Virus record (IMG/VR): IMGVR_UViG_3300020048_000048
Location: 1 to 64,000 of that record
Strand: one strand, 5' to 3'
Length of the DNA: 64,000 nt
Source of the DNA: a virus
Part shown: positions 46,372 to 55,202 of the stretch, one piece after another
Position numbering within the stretch: the stretch's first letter is position 1
Layout of the letters: the number at the start of each line of letters is the position of its first letter
The notes under the pieces: generated by a model
What the model was told of the DNA's origin: nothing
The model's database searches: none
The model's input: the letters and a program-made list of their open reading frames with translations, nothing else
Made by a program: the position numbers and the translations under genes

Positions 46372-46806
46372 ATGAAAAAATTATTATTAACAATTCTTTT
46401 AGTAGCTTGTGGTAGAGAAGAGTTTGATCCAAGACCAGCAGATATTAAGACTTACACAAACAACATTACGGTTACTCAATCAATTTTAGAAAATGTTGAA
46501 TCAGTTAAAAGACATATGGGAATAAATAAGTCAATTTCAGTTATTATTGAAGATTTGGAGTTTAACTTGGGAGAATGCCGTTCTTACAAAACAGAAGGAT
46601 ATATTGTTATGAGTTCAAAATCGCTTCAAAATGAAGATGTGTTTAATTATATTTTGGCTCATGAACTCTCTCACTGTGTGTTTAATTTAAAGCATGTAGA
46701 ACCAAAATTTGAAGGGTCTTGTCAAACTGAACTAATGCATTATCAAGTTGATGTCACAAATTTGGAATGTTTAAGAAAAGTTTATAGCAGTCTCAAGAAA
46801 AATTAA
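46372..46806 (+). CDS. Lipoprotein with a zincin metalloprotease motif
   Basis: Lipobox MKKLLLTILLVA-C; HELSHCVFNLKH (HExxHxxxxxxH) and a downstream Met-turn-like ELMH. Confidence 0.7.
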   Translation: MKKLLLTILLVACGREEFDPRPADIKTYTNNITVTQSILENVESVKRHMGINKSISVIIEDLEFNLGECRSYKTEGYIVMSSKSLQNEDVFNYILAHELSHCVFNLKHVEPKFEGSCQTELMHYQVDVTNLECLRKVYSSLKKN

Positions 46807-46831
46807 AGTTTTTTTAAAAAAGTTCCGTTAA
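46804..46831 (+). promoter_or_regulatory. sigma28-like promoter
   Basis: TAAAGTTT-N12-TCCGTTAA. Confidence 0.7.
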
Positions 46832-46868
46832 GACATAAGATGAAGATTTTTTAGAAAGGAAAATTATT

Positions 46869-47978
46869 ATGTTTGAGAATGAAGATCGTCCAGAAGGACT
46901 TAAGGTTGAAATTCCTGAAGATTTTGATTATGATTTTGTAAGTGAGTTGCCAGCTCCAGAAATACCAAAAGAAGAAGAAAGAGTTGTAAATCTTTTCCCT
47001 GAAATGGCTGAGGCAAAATTAGAAGCAATTAAACTGTATAACCAAAAACAACAACTTGAGAAAGCGAAAATAGAACAACAACTTGCACAGTTTAAAGAAT
47101 TGCAAGAGTTTGATAACCTTCAAAAGAACGCACTTAATCAATCTATAAGTGTTGACTTAGATGAAGTTAATATGGAGTATTATAAATATTTATCTTGTGG
47201 AGATTTTGCTAATATTAGGTTCTTTAACACACTTTACTTTATTGGTGGTTATACTAATTCTGGCAAATCAATCTTAGCAAGAAGTATTCTTGTTCATATT
47301 TGTAAAACAGATAATATTAAGGTGCTTTATTTTACGCCAGAGACAAGTATTGAACAAACTGCAACAAAACTAAAAGAATATGAAGCAATACACCGTGACG
47401 ACAATTTAAAGAAAAATATTAAAAATAATGTCATTTTTAATGATGACGTAAAAACTGTTGATGGAGTGGAACGAAAAATAAAAATGTGGTTATTAGAAAA
47501 TCCTACTGGTGAAAGGGTTATTATGATCGACTACATGCAAATGTTTCAAGGAGTCGGTAAACAATGCGACATTTACCCTATTTTGACACAGAAACTTTTG
47601 AACCTTGTAAAAAATACTGGCATTTCAGTTTTTTTATTTGCGCAGTTGCGAAACAAATTAAAAAAAGATACTGACTTTAAAAGTCGTATCTCTAATAGTT
47701 ACAATTGCGCCAATGCCGTGCAAGAGTTGGTCGAGATTTCAAGGGATGACAATTCTCCAGTAAAAAGTTTACTTACTTACCACAAGACAAAACAGGACAT
47801 TCCACTACCTGAAACTCCTATATATTACCATCCTGATTGTAAGATGTTGTTAACAGACGAGCCAACTGAACAATCAATTGAAAACTACAGTATGAAGTTT
47901 GGATGGAAGCCTATTAATGAATCAAGTGATGATGTGGAAATATTTTTAAAGGAGGACAATAATAATGGAAATGCTTGA
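46869..47978 (+). CDS. DnaB-like (SF4) replicative helicase
   Basis: GGYTNSGKS, VLYFTPE, IMIDYMQ, FAQL motifs. Confidence 0.7.
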   Translation: MFENEDRPEGLKVEIPEDFDYDFVSELPAPEIPKEEERVVNLFPEMAEAKLEAIKLYNQKQQLEKAKIEQQLAQFKELQEFDNLQKNALNQSISVDLDEVNMEYYKYLSCGDFANIRFFNTLYFIGGYTNSGKSILARSILVHICKTDNIKVLYFTPETSIEQTATKLKEYEAIHRDDNLKKNIKNNVIFNDDVKTVDGVERKIKMWLLENPTGERVIMIDYMQMFQGVGKQCDIYPILTQKLLNLVKNTGISVFLFAQLRNKLKKDTDFKSRISNSYNCANAVQELVEISRDDNSPVKSLLTYHKTKQDIPLPETPIYYHPDCKMLLTDEPTEQSIENYSMKFGWKPINESSDDVEIFLKEDNNNGNA

Positions 47979-49227
47979 AAAATTAACATGGGTAAGCTTT
48001 TTAAGTGGCGTAAGGTTAACTAAAATTGATAAAGGTATTTTTTATCTAATAAAAAAATGGATTGCTAGGGATACTTTTGGATGTATGGAACAGTATTTTC
48101 ACTTAAAAAAAGCTCGTGCGTGGGAAGTGATACAAAAAGAGATTGAAGTTTATAATGATAAAATGGAACCATACAATGACAAATTTGAAGAAGTTATTCA
48201 AAAAAGTAAGGGAAGTGTTAACCCCAATGACGTAATCACTTTAGGGAGTTTTAGAACTCATCTTTATTCAATGATGGGGAATCTACATAAAACAAATAAT
48301 ACCTTTTATATTGTGGACGGGTTACTCCCAGAAGTTCATGGTAATGAGCAATTACCGTTTATTCCTGTTGGACACTTAAGTGACGAGTATCGTCCTTTTG
48401 GTTTAAAAAAACATAGAGAATGGATTGAAGGTAAAGATTGCAATGATTCGAGTAATTTTTATATAGGGTTTACGGATGCATTTTTGAAAAATAAAGAGAC
48501 AGAGAAGTTTTTAAAGGTTGTTCTGTTTTTAGTTTATTATCATGTAAACACTGATAAGATTATTCAGAAGTTTATGAATTTCACAATGGGAAGATATAAG
48601 TTGGTTTATAATTTAGAACGACCTTATGCGGAGACTAAAAATTTTAGTATTTTTTTAATTTATGGGATTCCTGCTGATGTTCTTGCTAGATATTGCGCAG
48701 AAGAAGGAATTTATAACCACACTGTCACTCATATATATATGAGTCCTAATTATGAAAAGAAGTTTTTTAAAGTATTATATGAAGAGCAGAAATGGTGGAA
48801 GGTGAAATTAGATGCGATGGTGGAATATGCAAAAAAGAAGGAAGAGGAGATGAAGAACAGTCCAGCGGTAGAAGATGTCACTAAGGAAGATGTCACTAAG
48901 GAAGATGTCACTAAGGAAGATAGTAAACTTGATGATAGTAAACTTGATGATAGTAAACTTGATGATAGTAAACTTGATGATAGTAAACTTGATGATAGTA
49001 AACTTGATGATAGTAAACTTGATGATAGTAAACTTGATGATAGTAAACTTTTCAAAGTATTAGAACTTTTGCTAAAAGGTAAAACTTTTAAACAAATTGA
49101 AGACGAAACTGGTTTAAAGAATCTTTTAATAGCTCGTAAAAGTAAAAAAGCTCAAGAACTTGGAATTATAAAGAACACAGGAACAACAAGAAGTCCTAAA
49201 TGGATTAAAGGAGAAAATTATGTGTGA
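47965..49227 (+). CDS. Putative replication protein with a repeat linker and C-terminal winged HTH
   Basis: Coupled to the helicase gene; C-terminus GKTFKQIEDETGL...QELGIIKNTGTTRSPKW. Confidence 0.5.
   Translation: MEMLEKLTWVSFLSGVRLTKIDKGIFYLIKKWIARDTFGCMEQYFHLKKARAWEVIQKEIEVYNDKMEPYNDKFEEVIQKSKGSVNPNDVITLGSFRTHLYSMMGNLHKTNNTFYIVDGLLPEVHGNEQLPFIPVGHLSDEYRPFGLKKHREWIEGKDCNDSSNFYIGFTDAFLKNKETEKFLKVVLFLVYYHVNTDKIIQKFMNFTMGRYKLVYNLERPYAETKNFSIFLIYGIPADVLARYCAEEGIYNHTVTHIYMSPNYEKKFFKVLYEEQKWWKVKLDAMVEYAKKKEEEMKNSPAVEDVTKEDVTKEDVTKEDSKLDDSKLDDSKLDDSKLDDSKLDDSKLDDSKLDDSKLDDSKLFKVLELLLKGKTFKQIEDETGLKNLLIARKSKKAQELGIIKNTGTTRSPKWIKGENYV
48871..49050 (+). repeat. Twelve 15-bp tandem units (3x GAAGATGTCACTAAG, then 9x GA(T/A)GATAGTAAACTT)
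   Basis: Read directly; encodes (EDVTK)3 EDSKL (DDSKL)8. Confidence 0.95.
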
Positions 49228-49290
49228 TTTTTTTGAAGGAATCTCTAACTAACTATTTTACCCCTATTGTAAAAATGGTCAAAAATAAAT

Positions 49291-49317
49291 TAAAGTTTTT
49301 AAAAAAAGTTCCGTTAA
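49291..49317 (+). promoter_or_regulatory. sigma28-like promoter upstream of the portal operon
   Basis: TAAAGTTT-N11-TCCGTTAA. Confidence 0.75.
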
Positions 49318-49339
49318 GATGTTAAACGGAGGTTTTTAT

Positions 49340-50029
49340 ATGGAAATTAATTTAAAAATAAAAGAAAAAAATTGCACAGTTGAACGTCAGGTTTTGGAGG
49401 ATTTAAAATCTTTCCAAAGTTTTTTTGGTGATGGTCAAGTTTTTAATTACCCGTTAACAACTATTAATGGCGTGATTGAGGGGAATGTTGCAACAATAAC
49501 AAATGGCAACATAATAAGTCATTCTAATACTGGATATGGTATTGTTGTTATGGATACAAATTTAATAAAGATTGAAGGGGATTTCTCTTCAGCTTTAAAA
49601 GATGATTATATCGAAACTTACAATGCGAGCCTTCCTAACCAAAAGGTTGCAAAAGTGGTTGAAGTAAAGTCAGATTGTATTTTGGTTGAAAACTTAGGTT
49701 TTACAAATGAAATTGTAACTGGCAATTTAAGAATATTTAGACCAGTTGCAAGACCGTTAGATTTTGTAAAAGTGTATGATAATATTTACAAAGTGTCTTC
49801 AATTACTTCTTCAAAAGCAATTTTAGATACAACAGTTGGGTATTTTGAAGGAGAAATTTCTTTTTCAAAAAGAATTATTGATTATATTTACTTAGAGTCT
49901 GAAAAAATGACAAATGTTAAACTAAATGGTGTTAATTATTACACCAATTTAATGTTAATAAGAGGTCAATTCAATTCACTAATAGTTGAAGGTGAATCTT
50001 ATGTTGTATTTTCAGAGGTATCTAAATAA
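49340..50029 (+). CDS. Hypothetical beta-rich protein, possibly structural
   Basis: GGAGG RBS before ATG 49340; coupled to the portal gene. Confidence 0.55.
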   Translation: MEINLKIKEKNCTVERQVLEDLKSFQSFFGDGQVFNYPLTTINGVIEGNVATITNGNIISHSNTGYGIVVMDTNLIKIEGDFSSALKDDYIETYNASLPNQKVAKVVEVKSDCILVENLGFTNEIVTGNLRIFRPVARPLDFVKVYDNIYKVSSITSSKAILDTTVGYFEGEISFSKRIIDYIYLESEKMTNVKLNGVNYYTNLMLIRGQFNSLIVEGESYVVFSEVSK

Positions 50030-51813
50030 TGGAAACATTAAATTTTGAAGTAAATGAGATTGTTGAAAAAATGGCTTCTCCAGAAGTTAAAAGAATTTTT
50101 AAATCTGGAGGTATGGTTATTAAGGGTGAAAATCACACTTCATACATTCCTAATGAAGTAGAAAATTCATCACCAAAGGTTATTTGGAATCAGGATGAGT
50201 TAAATTATTACTCAGGCATTCTCCCTATTTGGGAAAAGAAAAATGTTATCTCAAGTGGGATGGTTCGCCTTACAGATAGGGTTTTAAAAACTTATGTAAG
50301 ACTTGATCTTGATATTTCTTCAATCATTGAGACACGAGTTGCACAAACAACCGTGTTCGCTCATGAGAGTGAAAATAAATTTGACCGAGGTTTTACAATT
50401 AGGTCAAAAAATGATAACATTAGTGAAGAACAGCTTCATGAAGTTGTTAAATGGATTGAAAAGTGCGGAATGAGTGACGATAGTATTTTTAAAGGGAAAG
50501 ATTCTTACTATTCTCGTTATTCATTTTCAGACTACATTCAATCTCAAACAAGAAATATTCTTGTTTTTGGTCGATGTGCAAGAGAGAATATTCTTGTAGA
50601 TGGTAGAGTTGAACATTTTAGACCAATACCAGTTGAAATGTTACATCCAATCAGAATCGGTGAATTTAACCACACAATTGAAATTATTAAGTCAAATAAA
50701 ATTAATAATGAAGAGTCAGTTGTTTTATCTCAATTTTTAAATGAAAATCAAGACATTCCTGCTTGGTGTGAAATTGTTAATAATAAAATTTCACAATTAT
50801 GGTTAGATAAACAAATAACTTTAAGTTATTGGCAAAAACAAGCTGAAATGGATCTTCAAAATATTCCCTATGCACCTTTGGAACTTTGTTTGTCTTTAAC
50901 AACATTAAGTCAAGGTGTTCATGAGTGGTTGGTGAAACAATTTCAAGGAGGTATTTTAAATTCAGGTATTCTAAATTTAAAAACCGAAGATGGAACGTCT
51001 TTGGATGATGAAACAATTGATCACATTGCAGATTATGTGACAAATGTTTTAGCTGGAAATTCCAATTCTGCAAGAGTTCCTGTTTTAAGTGGAAATTTTG
51101 ATATACAAGTTACACCATTGATGGGTGAAAAAGATCTTCAATGGCAAGAAGCACGTTGGGAAATTAAAAGGGTGTGGTGTTCCATATTCCAAATTTCTCC
51201 AGAAGAACTTTCTTGGGGTAAATTAGGTGACACCTCTTCTATGGTAGGTTCTACACAACTTGGAAAATCTTGGGAGCAATCAGAGGAACATGGTCTTCGT
51301 TCAATTTTGGACATTTTAGCTGATGATATTCAAAAAGCAGTTGATTCAAAATTTGGTGAAGATACTTTTGAATTTGTATTTACTGGGATTGGTATTGACT
51401 CAAGAGAAGAGGCTCTTGAGAGGGCTTCTAAAGGTCAACAAATTTACTCAAGCCAAAATGATATTAATAAATCTATTGGTTTAGAGTTATTAGATAAAGA
51501 ATCTGGCGGTGATGTTATTTTGTCACCTATGTTCCATCAAAATGTTATTAGATATATGATGTATGGCGATTTTATGGAACGGTTTTTTGGTAAAAAAGGT
51601 TGGGGTCAAAAGCCAGAATTTCAATTCATTATTGACCCGACTTTAAACCAAGGTTATATGCAAATGTTACAAATGCAACAACAATCACAAATGCAACAGA
51701 CGCAACCTCAACAACAAGAACAGGACGAAGGTTTGAGAGGTGGTGATAAAGGGTTAAAAGGTAACGATAAGAGCTTAAGAAGTCAACAAGACTCAAAACA
51801 AGAGGAGAAGTGA
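50029..51813 (+). CDS. Portal protein
   Basis: SIIETRVAQ, RNILVFGR, PYAPLE, NSARVPVL, KDLQWQE...CSIFQISPEEL, GGDVIL portal motifs. Confidence 0.85.
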   Translation: METLNFEVNEIVEKMASPEVKRIFKSGGMVIKGENHTSYIPNEVENSSPKVIWNQDELNYYSGILPIWEKKNVISSGMVRLTDRVLKTYVRLDLDISSIIETRVAQTTVFAHESENKFDRGFTIRSKNDNISEEQLHEVVKWIEKCGMSDDSIFKGKDSYYSRYSFSDYIQSQTRNILVFGRCARENILVDGRVEHFRPIPVEMLHPIRIGEFNHTIEIIKSNKINNEESVVLSQFLNENQDIPAWCEIVNNKISQLWLDKQITLSYWQKQAEMDLQNIPYAPLELCLSLTTLSQGVHEWLVKQFQGGILNSGILNLKTEDGTSLDDETIDHIADYVTNVLAGNSNSARVPVLSGNFDIQVTPLMGEKDLQWQEARWEIKRVWCSIFQISPEELSWGKLGDTSSMVGSTQLGKSWEQSEEHGLRSILDILADDIQKAVDSKFGEDTFEFVFTGIGIDSREEALERASKGQQIYSSQNDINKSIGLELLDKESGGDVILSPMFHQNVIRYMMYGDFMERFFGKKGWGQKPEFQFIIDPTLNQGYMQMLQMQQQSQMQQTQPQQQEQDEGLRGGDKGLKGNDKSLRSQQDSKQEEK

Positions 51814-51814
51814 T

Positions 51815-51970
51815 ATGGAAGATCAAGATTTAAAAGATATTGAACAATTAGTTCAAGCTATTAAAGAACAAACCAAGCTTTTAAAACAAGCTATGGAAGA
51901 TTTAGGTGGAAGGGTTGATTTATTGGAAAACAGTTTCTTTTATACTCCAGTAAGGGGGAAGTTTCAATGA
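51815..51970 (+). CDS. Small coiled-coil protein (51 aa)
   Basis: GAGGAG RBS; MEDQDLKDIEQLVQAIKEQ... Confidence 0.5.
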   Translation: MEDQDLKDIEQLVQAIKEQTKLLKQAMEDLGGRVDLLENSFFYTPVRGKFQ

Positions 51971-52137
51971 CAGTTCAAGAGATTAAAAAAGAACTTTCAA
52001 ACATTTTATTTCAAATTCAATGTTGGCAAAGTTTTTTAGTAGTTGTGTATAAGAAGATTATTAAGATGGAAGAAACGTCAAAATGTGTCCATGGGTATGA
52101 AATTTTTAAAGAGGAAAGGAAGAATGAAATTAAATAA
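51967..52137 (+). CDS. Small hypothetical protein (56 aa)
   Basis: ATGA overlap with the upstream ORF; open to TAA at 52137. Confidence 0.4.
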   Translation: MTVQEIKKELSNILFQIQCWQSFLVVVYKKIIKMEETSKCVHGYEIFKEERKNEIK

Positions 52138-52519
52138 TCCAATTAAAAATTGTCCGAATTGTAAAGATACTGGAGATATTAGTTTTGGATGTAGTTCTAA
52201 ACAATGCCCTTGGTATATTGGAGACCAAAACTCTAAAAATTGTTTCCATTTATTGGACGACAGAAAGTTTTCATTAGGTGATATTTCAATTTATTTAAAT
52301 ATTCCTGTTGCAGAAGTTAAAGCTTTATTAGCCTCTAGCATTATAAAAATGCAAGAATACGCTGAAGTTTTTGACCTAAATGAAGAGATTTTTCAAGAAG
52401 ATATTCCTGTAGTAACTCAACATCGAATCTTCTATCAAGATAATTCAGTGGGTAAAATTAGTTGCTTATACTGGAATCATGGTATTAAAAATCAAAGAAA
52501 AAACATTTTAAAATCTTAA
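52124..52519 (+). CDS. Cys-rich protein with a sigma region-4-like HTH
   Basis: CPNC...CSSKQCPWYI...NCF, then FSLGDISIYLNIPVAEVKALLASSIIKM; start chosen at 52124 by RBS. Confidence 0.5.
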   Translation: MKLNNPIKNCPNCKDTGDISFGCSSKQCPWYIGDQNSKNCFHLLDDRKFSLGDISIYLNIPVAEVKALLASSIIKMQEYAEVFDLNEEIFQEDIPVVTQHRIFYQDNSVGKISCLYWNHGIKNQRKNILKS

Positions 52520-53592
52520 TTCTCTTCTATTTTTAATTCTTCTCCGACTTCTAAAGATGTTAAGCTTCCGTATTTGTCACACTTAAACCCATTAGGGACA
52601 TATACTAAAGCGCACCTACAGTTAAAATGTCTTGGAGGAATACTGTTTTGCCAATCTTTTCTTTTTTTGTCTAAATTAAAACCTGATGGTTTTAAGTCTT
52701 TGAGGTAAAAATACTTAAGTTTATTACTCCCATCTCTTGACCAATCCTTGCATTCTTTAGAAACACGGTGATCATCTATATTTACAATGCACACAACAAC
52801 CTGTTTTTCTTTTTGTATTTCATTTATAGTATTCACTGTTGCTTCATGTCTTATTTTTTGGCTTTCAGTTCTTATTATCCTATCGTAATCTACAGAATAA
52901 TCTTTTATAACATCTTTCATAATTTGTTTAGCTTTTGTTGTAGAAGTTCGTCTTTCAAAAGCTCCATTAAGAGCGTCTTTAATAATCTCTCTTCTTTTTT
53001 CAGTAGTATTAACTTGTTTTTGAAGAGTAGACCTATCTTCATCTAATAATCTTTGCAATGATGAGTTGTTTGTATTGTTAATTTGTTCAGTTAGTGATTG
53101 TATAATATCATTTTTCATATCAACAATTTTTTTATCAACTTCATTTCCTGCTTTTTGTAGAGAAATTGCAATCATTTTATTTCTGTATTCAGATATTGGT
53201 AATGGAATTTTCCCTAATGAAAGAGCTTCTTTAAAACTATCACGTTGATAATTTGTTGAATTGTTATATATATGATAAAAAGAACTTGTCCTATTTAAAC
53301 CAGTGATGCCAAATTGATCCAATTCTTCTTGGTCGAAAAACCCAAGCATTACCTTTTTTAACACTTCCATATAATCATCAATAATAGTTTGAACACCTTT
53401 AAATTTATAAATCCTTTCCATTTGTCGGTTAATTTTTTCAATATCAATGGGTTTTTCAGATTTTTTTACAATTTTTTTATTAACCAGATGGTCAATTATT
53501 TTATCTAACATTATTTCAAGAATAATTTCAACGTTTTCATTAATCTTAGTTTCCATATCATTCAACTTGTCTTCAAAGTCAAAAATATCCAT
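52516..53592 (-). CDS. MuF/SPP1 gp7-like head morphogenesis protein
   Basis: RIIRTE...DDHRVSKEC...PPRHFNCRC. Confidence 0.8.
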   Translation of the reverse strand: MDIFDFEDKLNDMETKINENVEIILEIMLDKIIDHLVNKKIVKKSEKPIDIEKINRQMERIYKFKGVQTIIDDYMEVLKKVMLGFFDQEELDQFGITGLNRTSSFYHIYNNSTNYQRDSFKEALSLGKIPLPISEYRNKMIAISLQKAGNEVDKKIVDMKNDIIQSLTEQINNTNNSSLQRLLDEDRSTLQKQVNTTEKRREIIKDALNGAFERRTSTTKAKQIMKDVIKDYSVDYDRIIRTESQKIRHEATVNTINEIQKEKQVVVCIVNIDDHRVSKECKDWSRDGSNKLKYFYLKDLKPSGFNLDKKRKDWQNSIPPRHFNCRCALVYVPNGFKCDKYGSLTSLEVGEELKIEEN

Positions 53593-53637
53593 TTTTCACT
53601 TCTCCTATTTGATTTATTTTAAAGTTTTGTGAGATTT

Positions 53638-54156
53638 TTAATCTGGAACTCTAATTTCATCAATTAACCCAAATTCTAATGCCTCTTGTGCGTCAAAAAA
53701 TCTGTCTTTGTATGTAATTAACTTGAGAATTTCTTTTTCTTCAAGCTTTGTAAATCTTTGTAAGTCTTTTACAAATTGAATCCGAGCTTTTTCCCAATAC
53801 CTTACAGTGTCCATTGCGAGTTCGTAACTTAATTGACCATTTAGTCCACATTGTAGATCATGTAACATAATTAAGCTTCTTGGTGACATAATTCTATAAT
53901 CACCAGCAATCAAAATAAACGCTCCACTACTTAAAGCGTTTGAAGCTGTTGTTGTCCATATTTGGCTTTGAGGGTTTCTTATTTTAAAATCTTCCATATA
54001 ATCTAATAACATGAATGCTGAAGAAATATCTCCACCAGAGGAGTTAATGTTTATTTGAAGGATGCTTGCACTAAGGTCTTTTATAATGTCACAAGCTTCT
54101 TTAATATGTTGAAAGTCAAACTCATTAACTTCTAAAATTCCTTTATCTGTTTTCAT
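53638..54156 (-). CDS. clpP: ClpP-like protease
   Basis: INSSGG, ALSSG (Ser), IMLHD (His), DRFFDAQEALEFGLIDEI (Asp). Confidence 0.85.
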   Translation of the reverse strand: MKTDKGILEVNEFDFQHIKEACDIIKDLSASILQININSSGGDISSAFMLLDYMEDFKIRNPQSQIWTTTASNALSSGAFILIAGDYRIMSPRSLIMLHDLQCGLNGQLSYELAMDTVRYWEKARIQFVKDLQRFTKLEEKEILKLITYKDRFFDAQEALEFGLIDEIRVPD

Positions 54157-54830
54157 AACAACTCCTCCAGTACGATGTATCCATTAAATCTTAAACTAAT
54201 GGGTTCATTTGGCATTAACATTTTTAAAGAACCGTCACTAATTACAGACTCAACTTCAACTTCTTGATCTCCTTCAAAAATGTGAGTTAAGATCCTGTTC
54301 GTTCTAAACCAATGTTCAAATGTGATAGAAACTTGAGAATTAATATCATCTATCCAATCTTCGCTTTCAAAATGAAAAATTTGATTCATTCTGGTTTTAA
54401 TTTTGTTAAAAATTAACTCAGAAATTCCTTCTGTAAAAGCTGTCTCTAATTGTGTAATGAATATTTCTCCTGTTTTTTCAACAGTTATTTTGCAATTGTT
54501 TTTAATATTGTCATCGTTATTAAATAAAGAACTTCTTGTCCATTCGGACGTTTTTATTTCGTATATTCCATTTAATACGCCTTTATTAATAACTAATATA
54601 GATTCTCCAACTTGAGGAGTAAATGTGTCAATTTCGTAAATTCCAAATAAAGGTAAGTCATCATATAAGACGTAATCAGTAGTTTGTTCTGATGTTACGT
54701 TTGCGGTAATTGAGCCTTGATTGGAAACGTTAAAGTCAATAGTTTTACCATCTTTAAAAATAGCGTTGAGTGCTAAAATTAAAGCTTGTTGTCCAAATGA
54801 TTCCCAAGAACCGCTCATAAAACACCTCAA
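54153..54830 (-). CDS. Fibre-related protein sharing a domain with 37971..40058
   Basis: GIYEIDTFTPQVGESILV..NGIYEI...WTRS versus GAQEIDGVSIVAGDRVLV..NGIYV...WSRS. Confidence 0.55.
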   Translation of the reverse strand: MRCFMSGSWESFGQQALILALNAIFKDGKTIDFNVSNQGSITANVTSEQTTDYVLYDDLPLFGIYEIDTFTPQVGESILVINKGVLNGIYEIKTSEWTRSSLFNNDDNIKNNCKITVEKTGEIFITQLETAFTEGISELIFNKIKTRMNQIFHFESEDWIDDINSQVSITFEHWFRTNRILTHIFEGDQEVEVESVISDGSLKMLMPNEPISLRFNGYIVLEELL

Positions 54831-55198
54831 CTGTTATAAAACATTTTCACTTTGCCAATGGTTGGTAATACTTCATATTTTAAAATAATTTTAGTCCCAG
54901 CCACGAGACTTTGTGTAGGAAGGGAGTCCCCATCGTAAGAAAAGGCTTCACCCACGTTGATTTTTGTCATAAGGATTTTTTCAGGTTCAGGTCTTGCATA
55001 GTCACTGGCTTTGTAACTTTCCACAATCCCAATTCTTTGATGAATGTGGTTTAATCTTGGAATCTCCAAGAAAACCGTTATTTCTTGGTCGGTTTCATTC
55101 TTAATTGACCATGCTTTTGCGGTCGTCTGAAGAACTGTTAGTAAATTCTCCACATCCTGAAGGTCAGCCACAAACTTGTTTACAAAAAATGTTTTCAT
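54827..55198 (-). CDS. Putative small structural protein
   Basis: 123-aa beta-rich ORF in the protease operon. Confidence 0.45.
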   Translation of the reverse strand: MKTFFVNKFVADLQDVENLLTVLQTTAKAWSIKNETDQEITVFLEIPRLNHIHQRIGIVESYKASDYARPEPEKILMTKINVGEAFSYDGDSLPTQSLVAGTKIILKYEVLPTIGKVKMFYNS

Positions 55199-55202
55199 AC
55201 AA

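Noticed and set aside
48871-49050. Possible CRISPR array
   Set aside because: Units are contiguous 15-mers with no unique spacers, lie in frame within a CDS, and no cas genes are present.
48750-49063. Shadow ORFs 48750..49055 (-) and 48875..49063 (+)
   Set aside because: Stop-free frames produced by the tandem repeat.
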